Positions 37,519-46,869 of a DNA stretch of 64,000 bases are shown here, piece by piece. The notes below the pieces were generated by a model that saw nothing but the letters and a program-made list of their open reading frames with translations, searched no databases and was not told where the DNA came from. The DNA comes from a bacterium. GTDB lineage: Bacteria > Patescibacteriota > Patescibacteriia > UBA10025. The stretch is from assembly GCA_021815445.1 (NCBI GenBank), contig JAKAGM010000001.1, forward strand, positions 467,710 through 531,709, in the 5' to 3' direction. Made by a program: the position numbers and the translations under genes. Positions within the stretch are counted from its first letter, which is position 1, and every line of letters starts with the position of its first letter.

Positions 37519-38982
37519 ATGAACAATTTCGAAGAAACATTCACGTTTGATGACGTGCTGCTCATGCCGGGCTACTCGACACTCCGGCCGCGTGAAACTG
37601 ACGCGTCAACGCAATTTACGCGGAATATACGGATCAAGGCGCCTCTCGTCTCTGCTCCCATGGACACGGTCACCGGGTCCAGACTTGCAATTACATTGGC
37701 CCTGCAGGGAGGGATTGGCATCATTCATAAGAATATGCCCCCGGAACAGCAGGCTGAGGAAGTGCTCCGGGTCAAAAAGTTTGAAAACGGATTTATTGAG
37801 AATCCTTTCGTGCTCCTCCCTGAGGACACGATTGAGAAGGTAGTGCGCGTCCGCAAGGAACGGGGATTCAATAAAATTCCGATTGTCGACAGACATAATG
37901 TATTTGTCGGCCTGATTAGCGAGCTTGATTATAGTATTCCCGACGACCTAAAAATTCCCATCAAGTTTAAAATGCGTCCCGCGGATGAAATTATCACAGG
38001 CAAGAAGGGCATCACGCTTGATAAGGCGAATACTCTCATCAAGAAACATCGTCTTGCTGTCCTGCCCATCCTGGGCGCTAACGGGCGGCTCGTGGCAATC
38101 GTCTCACGGAAAGATCTTGAGAAGAACGTCCAATTTCCAGATTCCGCAAAAGACGACCGAAAAAACCTGCGTGTGGGAGCCGCCGTGTCCATAGGACAAG
38201 AAGCTTTACAACGAGCCAAGCTGACTGCAGAAGCTGGGGTAGATGTCCTCGTCATCGATGTCGCGCACGGCCATTCAAAGGGGGTTATTGACACCCTGCG
38301 GTTGCTCAAAAAAGAGAAGTCATTGAAGGATGTTGATGTCGTCGCGGGAAATGTGGCCACGGCAGAGGGAGCTAAGGCGCTCGTTGCCGCAGGCGCTGAT
38401 GCAATAAAAGTCGGCGTCGGACCCGGCTCAATTTGCACTACCCGCATCATTGCGGGAATCGGCGTTCCTCAGCTATCGGCAATTCTCGAAGCGAAGAAGG
38501 GGAGGGCAAAATCAACTGTCCCGATTATTGCTGACGGCGGGATTCGTTTTTCCGGTGATATCGTAAAAGCTCTTGCTGCAGGGGCAAATACGGTTATGAT
38601 CGGCAATCTTTTTGCGGGAACGGACGAGGCTCCCGGCGACATCGAATACCACAACGGCCAGATGTACAAGTCATACCGGGGCATGGGTTCGCGCGATGCC
38701 ATGCTCGAAGGGAGCAAAGACAGATACGGTCAATCGGGCGAGCGGGCGGAGAAGCTTGTCCCCGAAGGGGTCGTCGGCCGCGTCAGGTACAAAGGCCCCC
38801 TCGCGCAGCATGTGCACCAGCTTGTCGGGGGACTTCGGGCCGGACTTGCCTATGTAGGCGCTCAAACTATTCCTCAGCTGCAGCAAAAAGCGAAATTCGT
38901 CCGCATCACGCAGGCGGGAAAAGTGGAAAGCCATCCCTACAACATTAGTATCACAAAAGAATCCCCGAACTATTCCGCTTAG
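37519..38982 (+). CDS. guaB: IMP dehydrogenase with a CBS subdomain. Start chosen at [20 protein letters not shown]; the ORF track start is 37465.
   Basis: N-terminal TFDDVLLMP, catalytic loop [31 protein letters not shown], and GSKDRY. Confidence 0.9.
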   Translation: MNNFEETFTFDDVLLMPGYSTLRPRETDASTQFTRNIRIKAPLVSAPMDTVTGSRLAITLALQGGIGIIHKNMPPEQQAEEVLRVKKFENGFIENPFVLLPEDTIEKVVRVRKERGFNKIPIVDRHNVFVGLISELDYSIPDDLKIPIKFKMRPADEIITGKKGITLDKANTLIKKHRLAVLPILGANGRLVAIVSRKDLEKNVQFPDSAKDDRKNLRVGAAVSIGQEALQRAKLTAEAGVDVLVIDVAHGHSKGVIDTLRLLKKEKSLKDVDVVAGNVATAEGAKALVAAGADAIKVGVGPGSICTTRIIAGIGVPQLSAILEAKKGRAKSTVPIIADGGIRFSGDIVKALAAGANTVMIGNLFAGTDEAPGDIEYHNGQMYKSYRGMGSRDAMLEGSKDRYGQSGERAEKLVPEGVVGRVRYKGPLAQHVHQLVGGLRAGLAYVGAQTIPQLQQKAKFVRITQAGKVESHPYNISITKESPNYSA

Positions 38983-39047
38983 GACGCATAAAGTGAAACC
39001 CGCCCTTCCAATGAAAGAGCTGGTTTTTTCTGTCTGCGGGGTAAAGT

Positions 39048-40535
39048 TTATTTCTTGATCCGCTCTCTCAGGGCGCGGTGGGCCTCATGCAACCGTTCAA
39101 GCAATATGCCTTCGTGGACGATGTTGTGCATCCTGTTGGAGATGATAAATTGTCCGCGAATCATCAGATCCCGGATATTGTGGCCGCCGTGGGTGATCAT
39201 GTTCGACACCAATGTCGAAGGATCGTTCTCGTCGAAAGGAAGGAATCCCCTGTCCTTCAACTTCCAAAAAGCCAGGTCGGCCCGGTATCCCGGCGCTATA
39301 CGACCTACATTTTTTAGGCCGAGTATTGAGGCGCCTTGCGCGGTAATCATGTTGAACAATTCAACGTAACTGACATTCGACATTTCCTGATGCAATGTTT
39401 TGGCCTGAAGGGCCTCGGAAAGAAGGTCGAGACGGTTTTTGCTGATGACACTGTCGGTACCCAAGGCAATGCGATCTGTTGCACCGACTTTTTTAAAGAG
39501 CGGGTAATTGAATGTCCCGCTTCTATGGAGGAGATTAGACGTCGGGAGATGGACGACCCCTGCTTTACGGTCGCGGATAAGCTCTACCTCCTCACGTGTG
39601 AGATAAATACCGTGAGAAAGGATACAGTTGGGGCCGAGAAGGCCATATTTATCGAGGACCTTCACCGGAGTGTCGCCATGGAGTCGCGCGCATTGCTCAA
39701 CATAATCCTTTGTTTCCGCAGAATGCATTGTAAGGAGAACATTATATTTTTTCACAAGACGCGCCACGCGCTCTAAGACGCTCGGACTCGTCTTATAAAG
39801 GTAATGGAGAGCTACCGCGGGAGTGGAGTGATACGTTCGAGCGGCTTTGAGATATGTTTCTACCATCTCGGGAGTATTATGAGGATGCGAATTTGATGCA
39901 GCGCTTACGGCATTGATTACCTGTTGTCGTGTAATCCCGGCCGCCTCCTCTACCGGATCAAACACCCCATAGTGGGAAAGGATGGAGGTTATTCCCCAAC
40001 GTTGTTCTTCGGTAAAATCCCCGATCGCGCCAAGGACAAAATCCTCAGCTGTCATCTGCTGCTCGAGAAGGGCCATGCGTTTCAGCGAGGTGGCTAAATC
40101 ATCCTCTTCAAACGCCAAAGCGGATCGGAGAAGATACATGGGCGGATGCGCATGCGCGTTAATAAAACCGGGAGTAATTACGACTCCCCCGCGTTGTTCC
40201 GCATCATAGATGACATCGACGGTCTCTAAATTGACGCGCGACCGGTCAGAGGAATCAAAAATATCCTCAATGGTATCGCCGCGAATAAGGAGGGAGGCGC
40301 GCTCGCGAATTTCCAGCTTTCCCTGACTTCCGATAGAAATGACAAACGGACTTCCGTGGATAAGGATGGTCTCGGGTTTTTTCTTGCCATGCAACACCGA
40401 ATATCTGCTGCTGCTTTTCCGCGTAGATTTGAACTCAACGCCCCCATCGGGGTATGTGAGATTTTGGACATCGCGTAAAATCATGTTTGCGTAACTATAA
40501 AAAAAGTACCTGTAATAATATGACGGGTGAGCCAT
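39048..40535 (-). CDS. Metal-dependent amidohydrolase of the MtaD / guanine deaminase / chlorohydrolase family.
   Basis: Metal-binding motif ITPGFINAHAHPPMYLLRS, HSAETKDYVEQ, and a downstream HxH/D pattern. Sits in the purine salvage neighbourhood. The start may instead be the internal Met at 40484. Confidence 0.7.
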   Translation of the reverse strand: MAHPSYYYRYFFYSYANMILRDVQNLTYPDGGVEFKSTRKSSSRYSVLHGKKKPETILIHGSPFVISIGSQGKLEIRERASLLIRGDTIEDIFDSSDRSRVNLETVDVIYDAEQRGGVVITPGFINAHAHPPMYLLRSALAFEEDDLATSLKRMALLEQQMTAEDFVLGAIGDFTEEQRWGITSILSHYGVFDPVEEAAGITRQQVINAVSAASNSHPHNTPEMVETYLKAARTYHSTPAVALHYLYKTSPSVLERVARLVKKYNVLLTMHSAETKDYVEQCARLHGDTPVKVLDKYGLLGPNCILSHGIYLTREEVELIRDRKAGVVHLPTSNLLHRSGTFNYPLFKKVGATDRIALGTDSVISKNRLDLLSEALQAKTLHQEMSNVSYVELFNMITAQGASILGLKNVGRIAPGYRADLAFWKLKDRGFLPFDENDPSTLVSNMITHGGHNIRDLMIRGQFIISNRMHNIVHEGILLERLHEAHRALRERIKK

Positions 40536-40702
40536 ATTGTCAACCTATACCAAGCACGCGTGATCCTCAAACCAGCAAAAAATCATAGTTCGGGTCAGTT
40601 TTGGCGGGCACAAGGGCGACTTCAAAGGGGTGTTCAATATAGGTGGAAAAGTGGCCGATCCTCCGCTTGACCGCTGAAAACCCCTTGATGTACAATGGAT
40701 TA

Positions 40703-41842
40703 ATGAAAATAAAGAGTGTGACAAAGAAGCGTCCAACGGGACATGCGCGACGCCGACGCAAGGTTCGCGTCGCCATTATCGGCGTGGGCAACTGCGCGCA
40801 GTCGCTCGTAGAGTGCGTGCAATACTACCAGAACGCCGCTGAGAATGCCACGGTGCCCGGGCTCATGCACGTCAACGTCGGAGGATACCACGTGCGCGAC
40901 ATTGAGTTTTCTGCCGCGATAGATATCAATAAGACAAAAGTGGGCAAGGATCTTGCCGACGCTATACACGCGCATCCGAATAATGCGGTGAAAATTTGCA
41001 AAGTTCCCCGCACCGGCGTCATTGTTCAGCGCGGCATGACCCATGATGGGATCGGTATGTACCTTAAGGACATGGTTATTCCCGCCAAGGGAGACAGTGT
41101 CGATGTGGTCCAGCTCCTCAAAGATACTCGGACAGACGTCGTGGTGAATTACCTGCCCGTCGGATCAGAAGAAGCGACTAAATGGTACGTGGAGCAAGTC
41201 CTCGAGGCCGGCTGCGCTTTTGTCAATTGTATCCCCGTTTTTATTGCGCGGGAGAAATACTGGCAGCGCAGGTTTGCCCGAGCCGGGCTTCCTATCCTCG
41301 GCGATGATATCAAGTCCCAGGTCGGCGCCACGATACTTCACAGGACCCTGACAAACCTGTTCCTTTCCCGCGGGATGAAAATCTTGCGCACCTACCAACT
41401 CAACACGGGCGGCAACACTGATTTCCTCAATATGCTTGAGCGAGCGAGGCTGAGATCAAAAAAGATTTCGAAAACAAATTCAGTTGTTTCCCAAATCAAT
41501 AACAAAGGCCTGAGCATCAAGCCCGAAAATGTGCACATAGGCCCCTCCGACTATGTCCCGTGGCAAAAAGACAATAAAATCGCTTTTATCCGCGTTGAAG
41601 CGCTTCATATCGGCGATATTCCCATGGAACTTGAGTGTCGGCTTTCAGTCCAAGATTCACCAAACTCTGCTGGCATAGTCATCGACGCGGTACGACTCGC
41701 CAAGCTCGGTCTCGACAGGAAACTTTCCGGGGCTCTGAAAGGGCCGTCTTCATTTTTATTCAAATCACCGCCCATCCAGCCGACAGACGACGAGGCATGG
41801 CGCATGACCGACCAATTCATCAAGAAATACGGCTGGAGATAA
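40703..41842 (+). CDS. ino1: myo-Inositol-1-phosphate synthase. Start chosen at MKIKSV; the ORF track start is 40643.
   Basis: Rossmann motif VRVAIIGVGNCAQSLVE (cf. VGVGNCASSLVQG of actinobacterial Ino1) and full-length collinearity with ~360-390-aa bacterial/archaeal MIPS. Confidence 0.8.
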   Translation: MKIKSVTKKRPTGHARRRRKVRVAIIGVGNCAQSLVECVQYYQNAAENATVPGLMHVNVGGYHVRDIEFSAAIDINKTKVGKDLADAIHAHPNNAVKICKVPRTGVIVQRGMTHDGIGMYLKDMVIPAKGDSVDVVQLLKDTRTDVVVNYLPVGSEEATKWYVEQVLEAGCAFVNCIPVFIAREKYWQRRFARAGLPILGDDIKSQVGATILHRTLTNLFLSRGMKILRTYQLNTGGNTDFLNMLERARLRSKKISKTNSVVSQINNKGLSIKPENVHIGPSDYVPWQKDNKIAFIRVEALHIGDIPMELECRLSVQDSPNSAGIVIDAVRLAKLGLDRKLSGALKGPSSFLFKSPPIQPTDDEAWRMTDQFIKKYGWR

Positions 41843-41909
41843 CTATGACTTCAAAAAGCCCACTATGAATCAATAGCGGGCTTTTGGTATAGAATATCAG
41901 AATACCGAC

Positions 41910-44900
41910 CTATAATGACGAGCTATCAGGAAGGGTACAAACGGTTTTTAAACCTACTTTTCTGCATATCGGAGTGACGCTCGCCACACAACTGCCATCA
42001 GCTGTACATGAAGTTCCCGCCAGGCAGGTAAATCCGCATTTTCGGCAGTCAGAAGTTAATTTACCGTTGTTACACACCTGCTTGGAGACATTGCATTGCC
42101 CAAAGACAGTCTGGTCAGCGCACTGAGCATAGACCCCGCTATGGCCGTTGTCATATTGATATCGTGGCCACGAAGCGTTTCGAGCTGTGCGTGGAAGATC
42201 AAAAGCGAGTATCTTAACCAACGGAGCCGGCTCGTAGCTGTTGCCATACACAACCATATCGAGGTGGCCGTCGGAGTTAATGTCTTTCAAGGCAACTTCA
42301 AGGTATGAGCCGAGATTGCCAATATATATCGGGTAACCGGCGATTTCTTTTCCCTGCGCGCTGAACGCGTGCACGGAGGAACCGTCAACTGCCACAATTT
42401 CTGGCGCCCCGTCGCCATTGACATCACCGATAACGGGGGAATGGATCCCCCAGAGTTCAAGCGGCCAGCCAGCCAGCATATGCCCCGCGGCATCCCATGC
42501 ATTCAGATGATCCCGTGAATCAGCAACTATTTCGGGAGTTCCATCTGCGTTGATATCCCCGATGGCTATGTTTCCTCCACTGAGCCCGAGGGGTACGGTG
42601 GCGATCAGTTCACCCGTATAACGATAGATAGATAACGTGTTCCATCCCGTGATAATAATTTCTAAAGCGCCGTCTCCATTGATATCTGCCAGCACAAGCC
42701 CCGTGGTATTTCTTGTATCCCCATCGGCAACAACCCAGCTTTTCTTCATTGTTCCGTCATTGCCAATAATAAAAATCTCGCGCTGATAGGTCGAACCGGT
42801 AGCATCTACCGCCACAACCTCAGGTTTACCATCGTTATCAACATCGCCCACAGCAATTGTCGTATCCAGGAGATATGCCGTGTCGGGCAGGCTCACGGGC
42901 CAGTGGGCGAGACTGCTGCCGTCTCCATGCCATGCTTCGATTTGCTTGGGGTATTTATCGACTGAAATGACCTCCGGTTTGCCGTCTAGATCCAGGTCAG
43001 CAATTACGGGTCCCTTGACGCTCGACTCAATCAATTTTGGCCATCCATTGGTAATCTCAGCCCCGGTGTAATCGACGACGTGGATACCTTTTGTACCTTC
43101 AAGTGTTCCAAAAACAATTTCTTTATAGCCATCTCCGTTGAGGTCCCCGGTGACCATTCCGTATGGGTTCCTTAACGCTTGAAACGGCTGGGCGGTGGCG
43201 GGAGTTCCGTCATCGTTCCAAACTTGAAGGTTTTGATAAGAACCGAGAATAATTTCCGCTTTTCCATCCTTATCAATATCGTCCGGATTAATGTGAGATT
43301 CTGATCTGTCGTAAAATCTGACAGGCCAACCAGCTACCAACCCAGTAAGCACCTCCCGTGAGTCAGAAACTTCTCTGCCTGCAGAGTCGATGACGGTGAG
43401 TTTAACGAAATAGTTGCCCATCAGCGCTGATGTATCCCACGTAGCCAGAACCCCTAGGGTCACGGGCGTCTGGCTTTCGGTAATGACTGTCCAGTTTGAC
43501 GGATCATTTTCCGAAGCATACGAAACTCGATATCGAGAGAAATTTTTCCCGTACGCCGAGCCTGAAATAGTTTGATTTCCCCGGGTGTAATACCCTGTCT
43601 GTGCAGGATTTTCAATGTGAGAAACAAGAGGATCGCTAACCATGAGCGCCCTGTAGGCATCTACTTTTCCGCTCCCGGTATACTTGTCCCATCCTGTACC
43701 ATACTGCACATCCCAGCTTTTGCACACACCAGCGTTAGAGGTGCATGTCTTGGTTCCCGAATCAACGTAGCATGTCGAGTCCATAGCGCACTCGTATATG
43801 TCGTATGTGCCGCACGGCGTATACCAGTAGCACGTCGGCTGGAGGGAGCACGAGCTCTTTGAAACCACCGTACCGCAGTCATATGAGGCGTGAGAGAGGT
43901 CCGTGGCGGATTCCTCCAGAGCCGCTCGCACTTGTTCGGGGGTAAACTCAGGATGCCTGGCCTTCACGAGCCCCGCAACGCCTGATACAAACGGTGACGC
44001 CATCGAGGTCCCTCGCGCCCTATAGTACCCCCCGCCCACGATGCTGAGTCCGTCACGGTACATATCCAAGCCGGAGGCCTGGAGCGACAAAATGTTCCGC
44101 GAGACAAATGGGGATCGTTCTTGGTCTCCGTTCATGGTCACTACCCCGCTGTCTCCACCGGGAGCAGTGACATCAATTTTTCCCCAATTAGAAAAAGATG
44201 ATTTCACATCCTGATGATCGAGCGCGCCCACGGTGATGACGTTCTGGAACTGCGCAGGAGCAAACGCTTGTGCGGGCGCGTTGCTGTTGCCGGCGGCTGC
44301 AACGAGAACTACGCCAAGGCTGTGTACATAAGCAACGACATCCTCTAAGAATGGGTACTCGGCGCTTGGACTGTACCCGCCCCAACTCATATTGATGATG
44401 TTCGCACCGTTGTTGGCAGCGTACACGAGGGTATCCGCCAGCTCAGAAGTGTATCCGGATCCTTGGGCATTCAGTCCCTTCACCGACATTATGGTGCAGT
44501 GAGGACAGACTCCGGCGATTCCTTTTCCATTATTAAATTCAGCGGCTATGATCCCGGCGACGTGTGTGCCATGGCCGAAGTTGTCTTTCGGATCGGGGCC
44601 AGGATTTTTGGAGACTGCACACGAATATGGTGCAAATGCGGCGCAGGTTGTGAAATCCCATCCCATGACGTCATCCACGTAGCCATTGTGGTCATCGTCG
44701 ATACCATTGCCCGCGATCTCGCCGGTATTCCGCCAGATATTATTCCGGATATCCTCGTGGGTATAATCCACTCCGGTATCAGACACAGCAATTATGACTT
44801 TATTTTTTGAGTAATCAATCGGCGCAGGACCGTCCCCATTCACTGTATTGGCCAAATATACAACATCGAGGACATCAGTAACGCCATCCCCGTTAACGTC

Positions 44901-45785
44901 AGTAACCTCCACAGGATCAGGCGCAGGAGCATTTTGAAAGGTGTATTTAATAAGGAGGTTTACGTCGTCCTGCGTGATTTTGCCGTCTTTATTCAAATCG
45001 CCCCGTTTGGCATAGATGACATCCCATGCCCGCGGGGCACTAATGGTTTTGACTGACCACTGATCGTCATACAGCTGCCCCCAACTGCCCGATGATGCAA
45101 AGTAGGGATCATTAGGAGTCAGGGTTGCAGAAAGTATGTAATTGGGCTGCGCATATTCTACGTTGCCGCTTGCCAATAACTTTTTCTGAATTTGAAAAAC
45201 ATCGATAGCACTTTGATCTCCGATATCAGAGGTGGAGAAATGCAGCGTGGTCCATCTGTTGAGGCCAACATCAGTTATCTTTTGGGATGCCCCCTGTTGG
45301 AGGGGAGTTTTTTGCAGTGCGTTCGTGGATAAAGCGTTCTTTGCACTCTGAAGGGTCACATGAAGAAGTTTCTTCTGAGAGGTTTGAGTCTGCGCGGTAG
45401 ACGGAGTTTTCTGCTGGGCATTCGGATCGACCGGCTGGACACGCATCCCTGTCGAGGGGTCTACTAGGATTTCTTGCGGTTCTGACAAAGCTCCGCTGAT
45501 AGCTTTTTGACGGTCTGCATCGGTAATACCGGCCTTAAATTTCACGAGAAGTTCGGCCGGAGTGTACTTGGATTCCTCTGCCGTCGGCAAAGCCGCAGCA
45601 GCGAGTGACAGCGCTGGTGAAGCATTAGTCGCATTTGAGCCGATACCCTGCACAAAATTCACCACCATTCCGATTCCCAGGAACGTGGCGCCCAGCATGA
45701 TGACTGCTATGTTAGCCTTAATAATCATGTCGGCTATTTTTCTGCCCTGATCTTCACCGGCGTAGTGCAACCTTATGCCATTCAT
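41910..45785 (-). CDS. Large secreted S8 subtilisin-like serine protease (1291 aa) with a dockerin-type Ca-binding repeat pair, FG-GAP repeats and a Cys-rich C-terminal module.
   Basis: Catalytic triad blocks AVSDTGVDYTHEDI (Asp), HGTHVAGIIAA (His), GTSMASPFVSGVAGL (Ser). Dockerin-like DLNKDGKITQDDVNLL / DVNGDGVTDVLDVVYL. FG-GAP-like GDVDNDGKPEVV, GDINADGTPEIV, GDVNGDGAPEIV. N-terminal TM. C-terminal Cys-rich ~70 aa. Confidence 0.9.
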   Translation of the reverse strand: MNGIRLHYAGEDQGRKIADMIIKANIAVIMLGATFLGIGMVVNFVQGIGSNATNASPALSLAAAALPTAEESKYTPAELLVKFKAGITDADRQKAISGALSEPQEILVDPSTGMRVQPVDPNAQQKTPSTAQTQTSQKKLLHVTLQSAKNALSTNALQKTPLQQGASQKITDVGLNRWTTLHFSTSDIGDQSAIDVFQIQKKLLASGNVEYAQPNYILSATLTPNDPYFASSGSWGQLYDDQWSVKTISAPRAWDVIYAKRGDLNKDGKITQDDVNLLIKYTFQNAPAPDPVEVTDVNGDGVTDVLDVVYLANTVNGDGPAPIDYSKNKVIIAVSDTGVDYTHEDIRNNIWRNTGEIAGNGIDDDHNGYVDDVMGWDFTTCAAFAPYSCAVSKNPGPDPKDNFGHGTHVAGIIAAEFNNGKGIAGVCPHCTIMSVKGLNAQGSGYTSELADTLVYAANNGANIINMSWGGYSPSAEYPFLEDVVAYVHSLGVVLVAAAGNSNAPAQAFAPAQFQNVITVGALDHQDVKSSFSNWGKIDVTAPGGDSGVVTMNGDQERSPFVSRNILSLQASGLDMYRDGLSIVGGGYYRARGTSMASPFVSGVAGLVKARHPEFTPEQVRAALEESATDLSHASYDCGTVVSKSSCSLQPTCYWYTPCGTYDIYECAMDSTCYVDSGTKTCTSNAGVCKSWDVQYGTGWDKYTGSGKVDAYRALMVSDPLVSHIENPAQTGYYTRGNQTISGSAYGKNFSRYRVSYASENDPSNWTVITESQTPVTLGVLATWDTSALMGNYFVKLTVIDSAGREVSDSREVLTGLVAGWPVRFYDRSESHINPDDIDKDGKAEIILGSYQNLQVWNDDGTPATAQPFQALRNPYGMVTGDLNGDGYKEIVFGTLEGTKGIHVVDYTGAEITNGWPKLIESSVKGPVIADLDLDGKPEVISVDKYPKQIEAWHGDGSSLAHWPVSLPDTAYLLDTTIAVGDVDNDGKPEVVAVDATGSTYQREIFIIGNDGTMKKSWVVADGDTRNTTGLVLADINGDGALEIIITGWNTLSIYRYTGELIATVPLGLSGGNIAIGDINADGTPEIVADSRDHLNAWDAAGHMLAGWPLELWGIHSPVIGDVNGDGAPEIVAVDGSSVHAFSAQGKEIAGYPIYIGNLGSYLEVALKDINSDGHLDMVVYGNSYEPAPLVKILAFDLPRTARNASWPRYQYDNGHSGVYAQCADQTVFGQCNVSKQVCNNGKLTSDCRKCGFTCLAGTSCTADGSCVASVTPICRKVGLKTVCTLPDSSSL

Positions 45786-45891
45786 AAATTTGAGATCCTT
45801 ATATTGACCCCATCTAAAAAACCATTGATGAACTGTATTTATTTACCCTCCGAAGGCATTATACCATACTCGAGGGACTTTGGCAAGCCGC

Positions 45892-45923
45892 CTGCTCCCT
45901 CACCGCAGCGGGAAGATTTTTTT
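45892..45923 (+). repeat. Copy C (partial) of the CTCCC...GGGA(A)GAT-TTTTTT hairpin motif.
   Basis: CTGCTCCCTCACCGCAGCGGGAAGATTTTTTTC lies in the intergenic region between the GNAT gene and the S8 protease gene. Confidence 0.3.
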
Positions 45924-45957
45924 CTAAACAAAACATTGGCCCGACAAAAACAAAAAA

Positions 45958-46428
45958 CTACTCTATCTTTTTTTGATAAATGATGTTGTCGACTTTCCAG
46001 CCTTCCTTTTCTCTCCTCATTTCCATATATCCGTTCTTCTTATAAAATTTTTGTGCTGCCACCTGCTTGGCTGATGTATTCAGCCGGATAACTGTGTATC
46101 CAAACTCCTTCGCTCTCTTTTCTAAAACATTTATGATCGCTTGTCCGTAGCCTTTTCTTTGAAAAATTGGATCCACCCGCATTCTCCTCAATTCCACGAT
46201 GTTCTCCGTCATTTTTCTCAGCCCACCCATCGCAATAATTTTATCACCTACTGTTCCTACTATAAACTCGCCTCTATTCTTTAGATAGATTCCTTCAATG
46301 TCCTCAAAATCCTTTTCCCACGCGCCTGTGTACATATACGCATCCTCATTTTTCAATGCACGGACATGAAGTTCAAAAATTTCCTTTTTGTCCGAATGTT
46401 TATATTGTCGTATGACTAATGTGTCCAT
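45958..46428 (-). CDS. GNAT family N-acetyltransferase.
   Basis: Acetyl-CoA binding motif RRMRVDPIFQRKGYGQAIIN. Confidence 0.8.
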   Translation of the reverse strand: MDTLVIRQYKHSDKKEIFELHVRALKNEDAYMYTGAWEKDFEDIEGIYLKNRGEFIVGTVGDKIIAMGGLRKMTENIVELRRMRVDPIFQRKGYGQAIINVLEKRAKEFGYTVIRLNTSAKQVAAQKFYKKNGYMEMRREKEGWKVDNIIYQKKIE

Positions 46429-46558
46429 GGCATAAGTATATCAAAAAAGACCTCAATATCCCATGAGGGCGCTAACAAATTGATGTTTCAAACGGCCGCC
46501 TAGATGTGCGTAGCCTACGGGTTGACAATGCTGTCGAGCGGGCCGCTCCATCCCACAG

Positions 46559-46629
46559 CTCCGGGACCTGGAGTTGAACCAAGATTACCAGGGCCAGAAC
46601 CTGGCGTCCTACCATTAGACGATCCCGGA
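46559..46629 (-). tRNA. tRNA-Gln (anticodon CUG); CCA is not encoded.
   Basis: Manual cloverleaf on the minus strand: acceptor TCCGGGA/TCCCGGA, D-arm GTCT-AATGGTA-GGAC, anticodon stem CCAGG/CCTGG with loop TTCTGGC, T-arm CTTGG-TTCAACT-CCAGG, discriminator G. Confidence 0.85.
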
Positions 46630-46869
46630 GTTGTGAGATTGAACAATGAAAAGTTATTTATTAATGTGATGCGGCGTAGAGAACCTTTACCCGGCACCCG
46701 TAGTGGTGCTGGGTGGCGTCCTACTCGCCCTCGCGGAGCCTCGGCGTAAGTGAAAAAATAGACGATAGTGGCACAAGACGGCGAACCTTCACCAAGCACA
46801 CTAACAAAAACCTGCGCACTTTTCAAGGTCCCCCTGCCAAGCACTAAGAAATCTTACATCCCGTGCAAG

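Noticed and set aside
46504-46844. ORFs 46504..46749 (+) and 46515..46844 (-) overlapping tRNA-Gln
   Set aside because: They overlap a confidently folded tRNA and a GC-rich structured spacer and have no coding features. Treated as non-coding.
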